64,000 nucleotides of DNA from an uncultured Verrucomicrobiota bacterium (GTDB taxonomy: Bacteria; Verrucomicrobiota; Verrucomicrobiia; Limisphaerales; UBA9464), in NCBI GenBank assembly GCA_903907925.1, contig CAIVQB010000015.1, forward strand, positions 1,203-65,202, read 5' to 3'. The notes below the pieces were generated by a model. The model worked only from the letters and a program-made list of their open reading frames with translations. It did not search any database and was not told where the DNA came from. The position numbers and the translations under genes were made by a program. Positions 18,139 to 26,545 of the stretch are shown here, piece after piece. The number at the start of each line of letters is the position of its first letter. Within the stretch, counting starts at the first letter, position 1.

Positions 18139-18759
18139 TCAAGCCCAGTCGTAGTTGAAGCTGATGCTGATGCGTTCTGATTTGAGCGGGTTGGCGACGA
18201 CTTCGTGGCGCAGCCAGCTTTCGAAGAGAATCAGGTGTCCCGCTTCGGCCGGGTAGGTGACGTAGAGACGGTTGGCGTCGCTGGTCTTGGCCAGACGCGG
18301 CGGGGCGGCCATGAACTTGCTCAGGCGCGGGTCCTCGAATTTCAACCCGGCACAACCCTTCGGTGTCGCAACGTAGTAGGTGCCGCTGACCACGGAATTC
18401 GGATGCAGATGGGAACTGTGGGCCGTGCGATGCGGCATGATGTTGACCCAGCAATCGGTCATCGCCAGGCGGCGTCCGCCGAAATCCCAATCCAGCGCCC
18501 GGGCGTAATTCTTGACGTGGCGGTCGATGCGTTCGGCCAGTTCCATGAAGGTCGAGGAAAACTCATGGAGCTTGTCCATCGATCCGTAGGTCGTGAAACC
18601 GCCGGGATAATTCTTCCGCGACCAGACCCGTCCGGCGTGATCGAAGTCGCGCAGTTGGTGGCATTCCTGCAGCAGTTCGCGGTTGAACGCGGCGCCGCCG
18701 GTGCGGAGCAGTTTCTCGTTGTAGATGAAGGTGGGGAACCAGCCCTGAATGCGTTTCAT
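18139..18759 (-). CDS. putative 2OG-Fe(II) oxygenase family protein (TIGR02466-like)
   Basis: HxH...H-type metal site (HSSHLHPNSVVSGTYYV ... LILFESWLRHEV) in a 206-aa double-stranded beta-helix-like protein. The N-terminus PTFIYNE is typical of this family. Confidence 0.7.
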   Translation of the reverse strand: MKRIQGWFPTFIYNEKLLRTGGAAFNRELLQECHQLRDFDHAGRVWSRKNYPGGFTTYGSMDKLHEFSSTFMELAERIDRHVKNYARALDWDFGGRRLAMTDCWVNIMPHRTAHSSHLHPNSVVSGTYYVATPKGCAGLKFEDPRLSKFMAAPPRLAKTSDANRLYVTYPAEAGHLILFESWLRHEVVANPLKSERISISFNYDWA

Positions 18760-18766
18760 GTCGGGG

Positions 18767-20068
18767 TCAAACGGGAATCCGGTCGGCGCGGAGGAAGGGC
18801 TGGAGCGCTTCCGGAATGAGAATGCTGCCGTCCGGCTGCTGATGCGTCTCGATCAACGCGACGAAGAGTCGGGCGAGGGCGGTTCCCGATCCATTGAGGA
18901 TGTGGGGGAATCGGTTTTCGCCGGTCTCGGTCTTGTAGCGAAGGTGCATCCGGCGGGACTGGTAGTCCTCACAATTGGAGCAGCTGGAGACTTCGAGATA
19001 GGCACCCTGGCCGGGCGCCCAGACTTCGATGTCATAGGTTTTGGCCGAGGCGAATCCCATGTCACCGGTGCAGAGATTGATCACGCGGTAGTGAAGGCCG
19101 AGGAGTTGGAGCACCTTCTCGGCGTTGAGGACCAGCTTCTCCAATTCGTCGTAGCCGGTTTCCGGGGTGACGATCTTGATCAATTCCACCTTGTCGAACT
19201 GGTGGACGCGGATCATGCCGCGGGTTCCGAGGCCGGCGGCACCGGCTTCGGCGCGGAAGCAGGGCGAGTAGGCGACGTACTGGATCGGGAGTTGTTGGGC
19301 GGGGAGCAATTCCTCGCGATGAATGTTGGCGACCGGGGCTTCGGCGGTTGGCAGCAGGTAAAGCTTTCCAAGCGTGGAACCGTCCATGCCTTCCTGCACG
19401 GCGTACGCCTGGTCCTTGAACTTGGGGAATTGTCCGACCCCGAACATGCAATGCTCGCCGACGATGTAGGGCGGGGCGACCTCGCGGTAGCCGTGTTCGG
19501 TGGTGTGAAGCTCGAGCAGGAAGTTGATCAGGGCCCGTTCGAGTCGGGCACCCCAACCGGTGTAGAGCAGGAAGCCCGAACCGCTCAGCTTGGTGCCGCG
19601 GGCGAAATCGACGAGCTTGAGCTTGTCACAGAGCTCGATGTGGGTGAGTGGCTTGGAGGCGAAGACGGGTGCGGTGCCGTGGACGCGGATTTCGGGATTG
19701 TCCGCGGCGTCCCTGCCCACCGCGACGCTGGCGTGGGGCAGGTTGGGAATGGTGGCCAGGAGTGTGTCGCGGCCGGTCTCGGCTTCGGTGACGAGGCGGT
19801 CGAGTTCGGTGATGCGGTCGCCAATGGCGCGGGTTTCGGCCTTCTTCGCCTCCGCCTCGGCGAGTTTCTTCTGGCCCATCAGCATGCCGATTTCGCGGGA
19901 GACGGCGTTGCGGGTGGCCTTCAGTTGTTCGACTTCGGCGAGGGCGGCGCGACGGGATTCGTCGAGGGCCAGGACGGCCGAGACCTTGGCCTCATCACCG
20001 GCATGACGGGTGGCGAGGCGTTCGCGGACGAAATCCGGTTTCTCCCGCAGCAGCTTGATGTCGAGCAT
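18767..20068 (-). CDS. serS: seryl-tRNA synthetase
   Basis: MLDIKLLREKPDFVRERL N-terminal coiled-coil arm, class II motifs (FRAEAGAAGLGTRGMIRVHQFDKVE, GSGTALARL). 433 aa. Confidence 0.95.
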   Translation of the reverse strand: MLDIKLLREKPDFVRERLATRHAGDEAKVSAVLALDESRRAALAEVEQLKATRNAVSREIGMLMGQKKLAEAEAKKAETRAIGDRITELDRLVTEAETGRDTLLATIPNLPHASVAVGRDAADNPEIRVHGTAPVFASKPLTHIELCDKLKLVDFARGTKLSGSGFLLYTGWGARLERALINFLLELHTTEHGYREVAPPYIVGEHCMFGVGQFPKFKDQAYAVQEGMDGSTLGKLYLLPTAEAPVANIHREELLPAQQLPIQYVAYSPCFRAEAGAAGLGTRGMIRVHQFDKVELIKIVTPETGYDELEKLVLNAEKVLQLLGLHYRVINLCTGDMGFASAKTYDIEVWAPGQGAYLEVSSCSNCEDYQSRRMHLRYKTETGENRFPHILNGSGTALARLFVALIETHQQPDGSILIPEALQPFLRADRIPV

Positions 20069-20130
20069 GCGGCGGACACTAGGGAAGAGGGTACGAAGGC
20101 GGCAAGCCGGGTGTTCCGCTCCGTGAAGAG

Positions 20131-20233
20131 GACACGGATTTCACGAATTCTCACGGATTGGATGGGATGGAACAGAATGAACCCCATCCGACTGGATCTT
20201 CCGGAATCCGGGTGGATCCGTGAAATCGGTGTC
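20131..20233 (-). repeat. dispersed intergenic repeat, copy 1 (hairpin-forming, with 15-bp terminal inverted repeats)
   Basis: gacacggatttcacg (20131-20145) pairs with cgtgaaatcggtgtc (20219-20233) with 1 mismatch. The reverse complement aligns at about 80 percent identity over ~75 nt with 49927..50000. Confidence 0.7.
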
Positions 20234-20270
20234 CCTCCGCGGCTTTTGCTGAAGCGTTCCCGCCCCGTCG

Positions 20271-21353
20271 TCAGAGGTGCCGGGCGATCTTCATGAACCC
20301 GTAGCCGAGGGCGGCGGTGATCGGAAGAGTGAGGAACCAGGCCCAGAGAATGCGTTCGACGATGTTGAGCTTGAGGGCGCTGAAACGTTTGGCGCAGCCG
20401 ACGCCCATGATGCTGGTGGTGATGGCGTGGGTGGTGGAGACCGGCATGCCGAAGTTTTGCGCGACCATCAGGACGGTGGCGGCGGTGGTTTCCGCGGCGA
20501 AACCGTGGATGGGCTGTAGCTTCACCATCTTCTGCCCCATGGTGCGAATGATGCGCCAGCCACCGGCGGCGGTGCCGGCGGCCATGGTCAGGGCGCAGGC
20601 CACCTTGATCCAGGGCGCGATCACTTCCTTGTCACCGGAGTGAACCATCGGATGATGCAGGAACCCCAGCCAATCCGGAGTGCCGTCGAGCGTCCCGGCC
20701 TTGGCGGCTGCGGCGAGGGCGAGGGCCATGATACCCATTGTCTTTTGGGCGTCATTGGATCCATGGCTGAATCCCATATAGGCGGCGCTCGCCAATTGCG
20801 CCTTTCCGAAAACCAACCCCACCGTCCGGGGGCGCCAGTGGCGTACCAGCAGGTAAAGCAGGGTCATAATGATGAACCCGCCGAAGAATCCGACCAACGG
20901 CGACGTGAACATCGGGATGATCACCTTGATGAGGATGCCTTTTCCTTCCCACCAATGGCCCTTGCCGAGTTCCGACCAGATCAGTGAATGCCAGTTGCCG
21001 TTGGCCGTTGAAACCGTGGCGCCGACCAGTCCGCCGATGAGGGCGTGACTGGAACTGCTGGGAATGCCGAACCACCAGGTCAGCAGATTCCACCCGATTC
21101 CGGCCAGCAGGGCGCAGATGATGGTTTGGGTGGTGACAAATTCGGCGTGGACCAGTCCCGAGGTGATGCTTTTGGCAACGGCATTACCCCAGAGCGCGCC
21201 GCCGAGGTTGGTGATCGCGGCCAGCAGCACCGCCATGCGCGGCGTCAACACCTTGGTGGAGACGACGGTGGCGATCGAGTTGGCGGTGTCGTGAAACCCG
21301 TTGATGTATTCGAACACCAACGCCACCAGGATGACCGCAAGCAGGAGCGTCAT
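20271..21353 (-). CDS. pit: inorganic phosphate transporter, PiT family
   Basis: Signature FEYINGFHDTANSIATVVSTKVL, repeated in the C-terminal half (GSNDAQKTMG). Multi-TM, 360 aa. Confidence 0.92.
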   Translation of the reverse strand: MTLLLAVILVALVFEYINGFHDTANSIATVVSTKVLTPRMAVLLAAITNLGGALWGNAVAKSITSGLVHAEFVTTQTIICALLAGIGWNLLTWWFGIPSSSSHALIGGLVGATVSTANGNWHSLIWSELGKGHWWEGKGILIKVIIPMFTSPLVGFFGGFIIMTLLYLLVRHWRPRTVGLVFGKAQLASAAYMGFSHGSNDAQKTMGIMALALAAAAKAGTLDGTPDWLGFLHHPMVHSGDKEVIAPWIKVACALTMAAGTAAGGWRIIRTMGQKMVKLQPIHGFAAETTAATVLMVAQNFGMPVSTTHAITTSIMGVGCAKRFSALKLNIVERILWAWFLTLPITAALGYGFMKIARHL

Positions 21354-21363
21354 GATCCGGGAC

Positions 21364-21993
21364 TCAGGAGTTCTTGAGCACGATGTGGAAGATCACGTTG
21401 CCGGCGTCGCGACAGCGGTCGATGACCTTCTCCAGAAGTTCGTACAGATCCTTGAGGGCGATCACCCGGACGGGATTGGATTCGCCGAGGTAGAGTCCGC
21501 GGAGAAGCTCGATCATCAGGCGGTCGGCTTCGCCTTCGAGATATTGGAGCCGGTCGTTTTGTTCCTTGACCACGTCCAGCCGCGACTTGCGGAGGTGCTT
21601 CACCAACTCGAGCACCGTGTCGGTCGCGTTTTCCAGCAATTGCACCTGGCGGCTGAAATCCGAGGCGCCCACCAAGTGACGGCAGAGCAGGAGGCGTTCG
21701 CCGAATTTTTCCAGCGTCTTGGGAATCTTGTAGAGCGCGTTGCTCAGGGCCTCGATGTCCTCGCGTTCCAGCGGGGTGACGAACGTCTGCGTGAGGCGCT
21801 CGCTGATTTCCTCGGTGATCTTCTTGTCCTTCTTGCGGAGCAGGGCGAATTCGTCGAGTGACGTCAGCGCCTTATCCGGCGCACCCAGCAATTTGACGGC
21901 AAGCCGGACGCTTTCGCGGGCTTCCTCGGCTGATTTTTCGAGCAGGTCGAAAAACACATCGTCCCGACCCAGAAGTCGCTGCAATGAGAACAT
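21364..21993 (-). CDS. DUF47 / PhoU-like phosphate transport accessory protein (TIGR00153 family)
   Basis: The N-terminus (MFSLQRLLGRDDVFFDLLEKSAEEA) and a four-helix PhoU-like sequence. The gene lies immediately upstream of the PiT gene, as is usual. Confidence 0.88.
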   Translation of the reverse strand: MFSLQRLLGRDDVFFDLLEKSAEEARESVRLAVKLLGAPDKALTSLDEFALLRKKDKKITEEISERLTQTFVTPLEREDIEALSNALYKIPKTLEKFGERLLLCRHLVGASDFSRQVQLLENATDTVLELVKHLRKSRLDVVKEQNDRLQYLEGEADRLMIELLRGLYLGESNPVRVIALKDLYELLEKVIDRCRDAGNVIFHIVLKNS

Positions 21994-22002
21994 GGCCGGA
22001 GA

Positions 22003-22020
22003 GTGTCATGGGGCTGTCAC
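22003..22020 (+). promoter_or_regulatory. Pho-box-like direct repeat (GTGTCAT-GGGG-CTGTCAC)
   Basis: Two 7-bp CTGTCA-type direct repeats with a 4-bp spacer, read directly. They lie in the divergent region between the DUF47/PiT operon and tonB. The call is only an analogy to the enterobacterial PhoB box. Confidence 0.25.
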
Positions 22021-22176
22021 CGCTGGCAATGGCCGGCCCGCGAATCCGTTCGACGGGGTGGGTGAACTTCCCCCTTGCGGCGGGATGGCTCTCGCGTAGT
22101 TTCGGCATGCGTTCGCCACGCGACGGCAACCCAAACGTTGCGGCCGGACGCCAACCCAACTGCTTTTGCTGGTGCA

Positions 22177-22899
22177 ATGAGTGCTACAGCTGCCGTTCCG
22201 ATGACGGATCACAATTATCGGGTTCAGGATGATTTGAACCGGGAATCGCTGCCTCAGACCCAGCGGGACCCCAGCCGAAAGATCGCGTGGGCCAATGCGA
22301 TCTGCGCGACCGTCCTCGGTGTTGGCGTTTTTTTTCACAGCGAAGTCCGGCGATTCGAATTCCATGCCGACATGGTGGAAGCGCTGCCGGTGGTCATCCC
22401 GGAGTTCGTTCCCGAAGTGACCCCGCCACCGCAACAGGACATTCAGGACGAGGACAAGACGGACCAGGTCACCGACGCCCCGGTGGTCCCGGTGGTGGTG
22501 GCCGCTGATCCGTCCAAGGTGAATTTTGCGGTGACGGTGAACGGCCCGACCGTGACCGCGACCGATTTCCGATATGCGCCTCCGCCTCCCCGCATCACCC
22601 AGCGCCCGACTTCGGCCCCGAGCGGCCCGACGGTATTTCGCGGAGGATCGAGCACCGATGGTGGGAGCTATCCCGACGCGCCCTATCCGCGCGACGCCTT
22701 GATGCGCCGTGAGACCGGCGAAGTGCAGTTGTATGTCGTCGTGGCCGAGGATGGCACGGCGGAGAAGGTGGAAGTCCGCATCAGCAGCGGTTCGCCGACC
22801 CTGGATCGCACCTCAAGGGCGCACGTTTTGAAATACTGGCATTGGCCGGCGGGACCCCGTCGGGAATATCTGGTGCCCATCGAATACATCATCCGCTGA
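22177..22899 (+). CDS. tonB: energy transducer TonB
   Basis: TM anchor (IAWANAICATVLGVGVFF), a Pro/Val/Glu-rich spacer (PEFVPEVTPPPQQ..PVVPVVV), and a C-terminal TonB domain (YPRDALMRRETGEVQLYVVVAEDGTAEKVEV..SSGSPTLD). ATG 22177 is chosen; the ORF is open from 22075. Confidence 0.8.
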   Translation: MSATAAVPMTDHNYRVQDDLNRESLPQTQRDPSRKIAWANAICATVLGVGVFFHSEVRRFEFHADMVEALPVVIPEFVPEVTPPPQQDIQDEDKTDQVTDAPVVPVVVAADPSKVNFAVTVNGPTVTATDFRYAPPPPRITQRPTSAPSGPTVFRGGSSTDGGSYPDAPYPRDALMRRETGEVQLYVVVAEDGTAEKVEVRISSGSPTLDRTSRAHVLKYWHWPAGPRREYLVPIEYIIR

Positions 22900-22979
22900 T
22901 CCCATCCGCGACGATTGCACTCCTGCTGAAGCCCCCATTTGTTCCTGAACCTCCGAAAGCGAAAGAACCCGACCCACCT

Positions 22980-23648
22980 ATGCTCCTAGCCAACGTTGCC
23001 GTTCAATACTTCAAAGATGGCGGGCCCATCATGTACCCGATCCTGATGGTCGCGATGGTGGCGCTCGCCGTGGTGACGGAGCGCTTCTTTTGGTGGATCC
23101 GTGAATCCGCCAAACGCGATGCCGACGTGTTGGAAAAAGTGCTCGCGGCGATGGAGAACGGCGACTTCAAGGCGGCACTCCAGAATTCCCGCGGTTCAGA
23201 GGATCCGGTGGTGCGGATGATCTTTCGCGGACTCAGTCACGTGCACGGATCGTTGTCCGGCGCGTTGAAGGTCGCCGCCGGTGCGGAGATCAAGCGCGCC
23301 GGCCGGTTCCTGATGCTGATCGACACCTGCATCACCGTGGCGCCGCTGCTCGGGTTGCTGGGCACCGTCACCGGCATCATGGGCTCGTTCAAGGCGGTCG
23401 GCGGGAACGAGCTGGCGGTCAGCGCGGTTTCCGGCGGCATCGGCGAGGCGCTCATCGCCACCGCCTGCGGTCTGGGCATCGCCATCTTTTGTCTGCTCCC
23501 GTTCAATTATTTCAACGAACGCGTGGCCAAGCTGACGTTCGAGTTGGAAACCGCCGCCACCAACGTCGAGGTGATGGTCACCCGCGCCAAGCAAGAGGGT
23601 TTCGACACCATGACCTTCCGGCGTGAGACGGCCTCCGAACTCACCTGA
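22980..23648 (+). CDS. exbB: MotA/TolQ/ExbB proton channel protein
   Basis: ATG 22980. MYPILMVAMVALAVVTERFF, APLLGLLGTVTGIMGSF and GIGEALIATACGLGIAI are signature TM helices. Confidence 0.9.
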   Translation: MLLANVAVQYFKDGGPIMYPILMVAMVALAVVTERFFWWIRESAKRDADVLEKVLAAMENGDFKAALQNSRGSEDPVVRMIFRGLSHVHGSLSGALKVAAGAEIKRAGRFLMLIDTCITVAPLLGLLGTVTGIMGSFKAVGGNELAVSAVSGGIGEALIATACGLGIAIFCLLPFNYFNERVAKLTFELETAATNVEVMVTRAKQEGFDTMTFRRETASELT

Positions 23649-23653
23649 TCGCG

Positions 23654-24073
23654 ATGCAGCTGCATTCCTCTCCGGTGCCCCAGCGCAAGGCGCGCATCGA
23701 GATCATCCCGTTGATTGACGTGATGTTCTTCCTGCTGGCGTCGTTCATGATGATCAGCCTTTCGATGCAGAACATGCAGTCCCGCAAGATGGACCTGCCT
23801 GAGGCGATGACAGCACGGCCGGATTTCAAGCCGGACATTTTCAACATCGGGGTGGACCGCACCGGCGCCATCTCGGTCGGCAAGACCAACGTGGCGATGG
23901 AGAAACTCGACGAGATGCTCACGGCGGCGCTCAAGCGCAACACCAACGCCCCGGTGTTCATCACCGCTGATCGCGAAACCCTCCACGGCGCGGTCAACCG
24001 CGTTCTCGATCGCGTCCGTCGCGCGGGCGTGCAGCGGGTGGCATTCACCGTTGACCCCAAGCCGGTGAAGTAA
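23654..24073 (+). CDS. exbD: biopolymer transporter ExbD (copy 1)
   Basis: The N-terminal motif RIEIIPLIDVMFFLLASFMM is followed by a periplasmic domain (..VFITADRETLHGAVNRVLDRVRRAG). Confidence 0.9.
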   Translation: MQLHSSPVPQRKARIEIIPLIDVMFFLLASFMMISLSMQNMQSRKMDLPEAMTARPDFKPDIFNIGVDRTGAISVGKTNVAMEKLDEMLTAALKRNTNAPVFITADRETLHGAVNRVLDRVRRAGVQRVAFTVDPKPVK

Positions 24074-24102
24074 CCCCACCCCAACTCCGACATCCCCATC
24101 CC

Positions 24103-24528
24103 ATGGCAGGCGGCGGTTCCTCATCCTCCCACGGCGGCCGAAAAAAGGCGCGCATCGAGATCATCCCGTTGATTGACGTGATGTTCTTTCTGCTGGCGTC
24201 GTTCATGATGCTCAGCCTCTCGATGCAGAAGCTGCAGGTGATCAAGATGGACCTGCCCACCGCGGTGGCGCAAAAGACCAGCAAGAAGCCGGACGTCTTC
24301 AACATCGAGATTTCCCGGACCGGCGACCTCTCGGTGGATTCGAAACGGATGTCGATGGTCGACATGGAGAAGGCGTTGAAGGAACGGCTGAACGCCAACA
24401 CCAACCTGCCCGTGTATATCAAGGCCGATCAGAAGGCCACCCACGGCATGGTGCTCAACGTGCTCGACACGGTGAAGCATGATGGCGCCCCCAAGGTGTC
24501 GTTTGCCATTGACCCGCCGAAGGACTGA
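24103..24528 (+). CDS. exbD: biopolymer transporter ExbD (copy 2)
   Basis: Same RIEIIPLIDVMFFLLASFMM motif, with a diverged periplasmic domain (..VYIKADQKATHGMVLNVLDTVKHDG). Confidence 0.9.
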   Translation: MAGGGSSSSHGGRKKARIEIIPLIDVMFFLLASFMMLSLSMQKLQVIKMDLPTAVAQKTSKKPDVFNIEISRTGDLSVDSKRMSMVDMEKALKERLNANTNLPVYIKADQKATHGMVLNVLDTVKHDGAPKVSFAIDPPKD

Positions 24529-24543
24529 GCGCATCTCGGCCGG

Positions 24544-25812
24544 GTGATTTCGACCGTTCCCGCCCGCCGTTCCTTCCGCCGCCTCTTCGGGTGGGTGGTT
24601 GTAGCCGCAGTTGCCGTTCCTCAGTTCGCGTGCCAATTCGTTCACGCGGCTGACTGGCCGCAGTTTCTGGGACCCAACCGCAACGGAGTTGTCAGTGAGG
24701 CTGTGGCTGTTGCGTTCAAGGGCGGTAGCCCGGCGCGGCTGTGGAAATACGGCGTCGGACAGGGATTCGCCGGACCGGCCGTGGCGGGAAACCGCGTCAT
24801 CGTGTTTCATCGCGTCGACAACCAGGAAGTCACCGAGGCGCTCGATGCGAAAACCGGCAAACGACTCTGGCACCAGGATTCACCGACCGCCTACACCGAT
24901 GATTTCGGATTCGATGAAGGTCCGCGGGCCGTGCCGACGGTTTCTGCGGGAAGGATTTTCACCCATGGTGCAGAGGGCCGGCTCGAATGCCGTTCCCTCG
25001 AAGATGGAAAACGGTTGTGGGCGGTCGACACCCGGACCCGGTTCGGATCCGACAAGGGTTTCTTTGGCATCGCCTGCGCCCCGTTGGTCATCGGTGACCG
25101 GGTGTTCCTCAATCTCGGCGGCAGAAATGGTGCCGGGGTCGCCGCCTTTTCAGCCACGAACGGCGAGGTGTTGTGGAAGGTGACCGATGATGAGGCGGGC
25201 TATGCGTCGCCGATCGCCTGGCCGGGATCGAATCCGGACGCCGTGCTGTTCTTCACCCGGAGCGGACTGCGGGCCGTCGATGCCGTTTCCGGGAAGCTGC
25301 GCCTTTCGCATCCCTGGCGGGCGCGAATGAGTGCCTCGGTGAATGCCGCGAGTCCGATCGCCGCCGGAAACGAGGTGTTGCTCACCGCGAGTTACGGAAC
25401 CGGAGCCACCTTGTTGCGGTTGACCGGCGGTGCCGCAGAAACCGTGTGGTCGGGCGACGACAGTCTTTCAGCCCACTATGCCACTCCGGTGAAATCCGGC
25501 GGGCTGGTTTTCGGATTCCATGGCCGGCAGGAATCGGGTCCAACGCTGCGCTGCATTGAGTGGGCGACCGGGAAGGTGCGCTGGGAATCGGACACTCTGC
25601 CCGCCGGAACGGTGACGGCGGCCGGTGATCAGTTGGTGGTGCTGCTGGAATCCGGCGAACTGATGATCCTTCCGGCAACCGCGGAAGGCTTTCATCCCAA
25701 GGCTCGCTGCCAAATCATGGGATCGGGATTGCGCGCGCCCTTCGCGTTGTCCGACGGAATCCTCTACGCCCGGGACAAGAGTTCGCTCGCGGCGTTTGAT
25801 CTCCGTCCGTGA
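24544..25812 (+). CDS. PQQ-like (BamB/YVTN-type) beta-propeller repeat protein, secreted
   Basis: GTG start and a signal peptide. DWPQFLGPNRNGV follows the signal, and there are repeated G..V.. / W blade-like segments (GNRVIVF, GKRLW, GEVLWK, GKVRW). Confidence 0.78.
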   Translation: MISTVPARRSFRRLFGWVVVAAVAVPQFACQFVHAADWPQFLGPNRNGVVSEAVAVAFKGGSPARLWKYGVGQGFAGPAVAGNRVIVFHRVDNQEVTEALDAKTGKRLWHQDSPTAYTDDFGFDEGPRAVPTVSAGRIFTHGAEGRLECRSLEDGKRLWAVDTRTRFGSDKGFFGIACAPLVIGDRVFLNLGGRNGAGVAAFSATNGEVLWKVTDDEAGYASPIAWPGSNPDAVLFFTRSGLRAVDAVSGKLRLSHPWRARMSASVNAASPIAAGNEVLLTASYGTGATLLRLTGGAAETVWSGDDSLSAHYATPVKSGGLVFGFHGRQESGPTLRCIEWATGKVRWESDTLPAGTVTAAGDQLVVLLESGELMILPATAEGFHPKARCQIMGSGLRAPFALSDGILYARDKSSLAAFDLRP

Positions 25813-25829
25813 GTGGATGGAGAACCGCG

Positions 25830-26462
25830 TCAGTCCTGGATGAAGTAGCTGAGGTTCTCCAGCTCAATGGCGAGATTGACGTTGTTAACCATCACCGTTT
25901 CCGGGACGGACAGCATGGCCGGAGAAAAGTTGAGGATGCCGGTGATGCCATGAGTGACCAGTTGATTGGCGACCTCCTGGGCGGCGGCGGCGGGGACGGT
26001 GATAATGGCCATTCGGACGGCCCGTTGCTGAATCAACTCACCCAGCTTTTCCATGCCAAACAACGGAGTGTTGAGCGGTTTGTCGCGGTTGCGCCGGACA
26101 TCCTGGTCGAAGGCCCCGACGATCTCGAATCCCTCCTGCTCGAATCCGCGATAGCTGAGCAGGGCGGTTCCGAGATTACCCACACCCACTAGCACCACCG
26201 GTTGCAGACGGTTCGTGCCGAGCAGGTCGGTAATCATCGTCGCCAACTGCTCGACGTCGTATCCCAGGCCGCGGGTTCCGAACTGGCCGAAATAGGTGAG
26301 ATCCTTGCGCAACTGGGTCGGCTTCACCCCGGCGGCCCGGGCGAGGGCCTCGCTGCTGACCGTCTGCAATTGGTTCTGCTTCAAACGTTGGAGACACCGG
26401 AGATAGACCGAAAGACGGTAGATGGTTTTCCGGGGGATTTCGGGACGGACCAGTTTCTTCAC
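25830..26462 (-). CDS. rex: redox-sensing transcriptional repressor Rex
   Basis: Winged-helix N-terminus (IPRKTIYRLSVYLRCL..VSSEALA..GVKPTQLRKDLTYFGQFGTRGLGY) and a Rossmann motif (VVLVGVGNLGTALL). The start is taken at GTG 26462. Confidence 0.88.
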   Translation of the reverse strand: MKKLVRPEIPRKTIYRLSVYLRCLQRLKQNQLQTVSSEALARAAGVKPTQLRKDLTYFGQFGTRGLGYDVEQLATMITDLLGTNRLQPVVLVGVGNLGTALLSYRGFEQEGFEIVGAFDQDVRRNRDKPLNTPLFGMEKLGELIQQRAVRMAIITVPAAAAQEVANQLVTHGITGILNFSPAMLSVPETVMVNNVNLAIELENLSYFIQD

Positions 26463-26545
26463 GCTGGGTCTACGGTAGGAACGGTGTCGGGGTGGGGCAA
26501 GCGGGGCGATGCAGAAAGAATAGAATCGCGATCGGACCGTTCCGT

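Noticed and set aside
18749-20296. 515-aa ORF on the plus strand. Similar very long ORFs occur at 28199..29923, 60098..61495, 41587..43110, 31760..33061, 33313..34593, 46573..47778 and 3019..4104.
   Set aside because: All lie antisense to, or out of frame with, genes carrying unmistakable motifs (serS, DUF1553 protein, sulfatase, E1/KAS III fusion and others). Their translations are Arg/Gly/Pro/Ala-rich with no motifs, which is the expected stop-codon-poor artefact of high-GC DNA.
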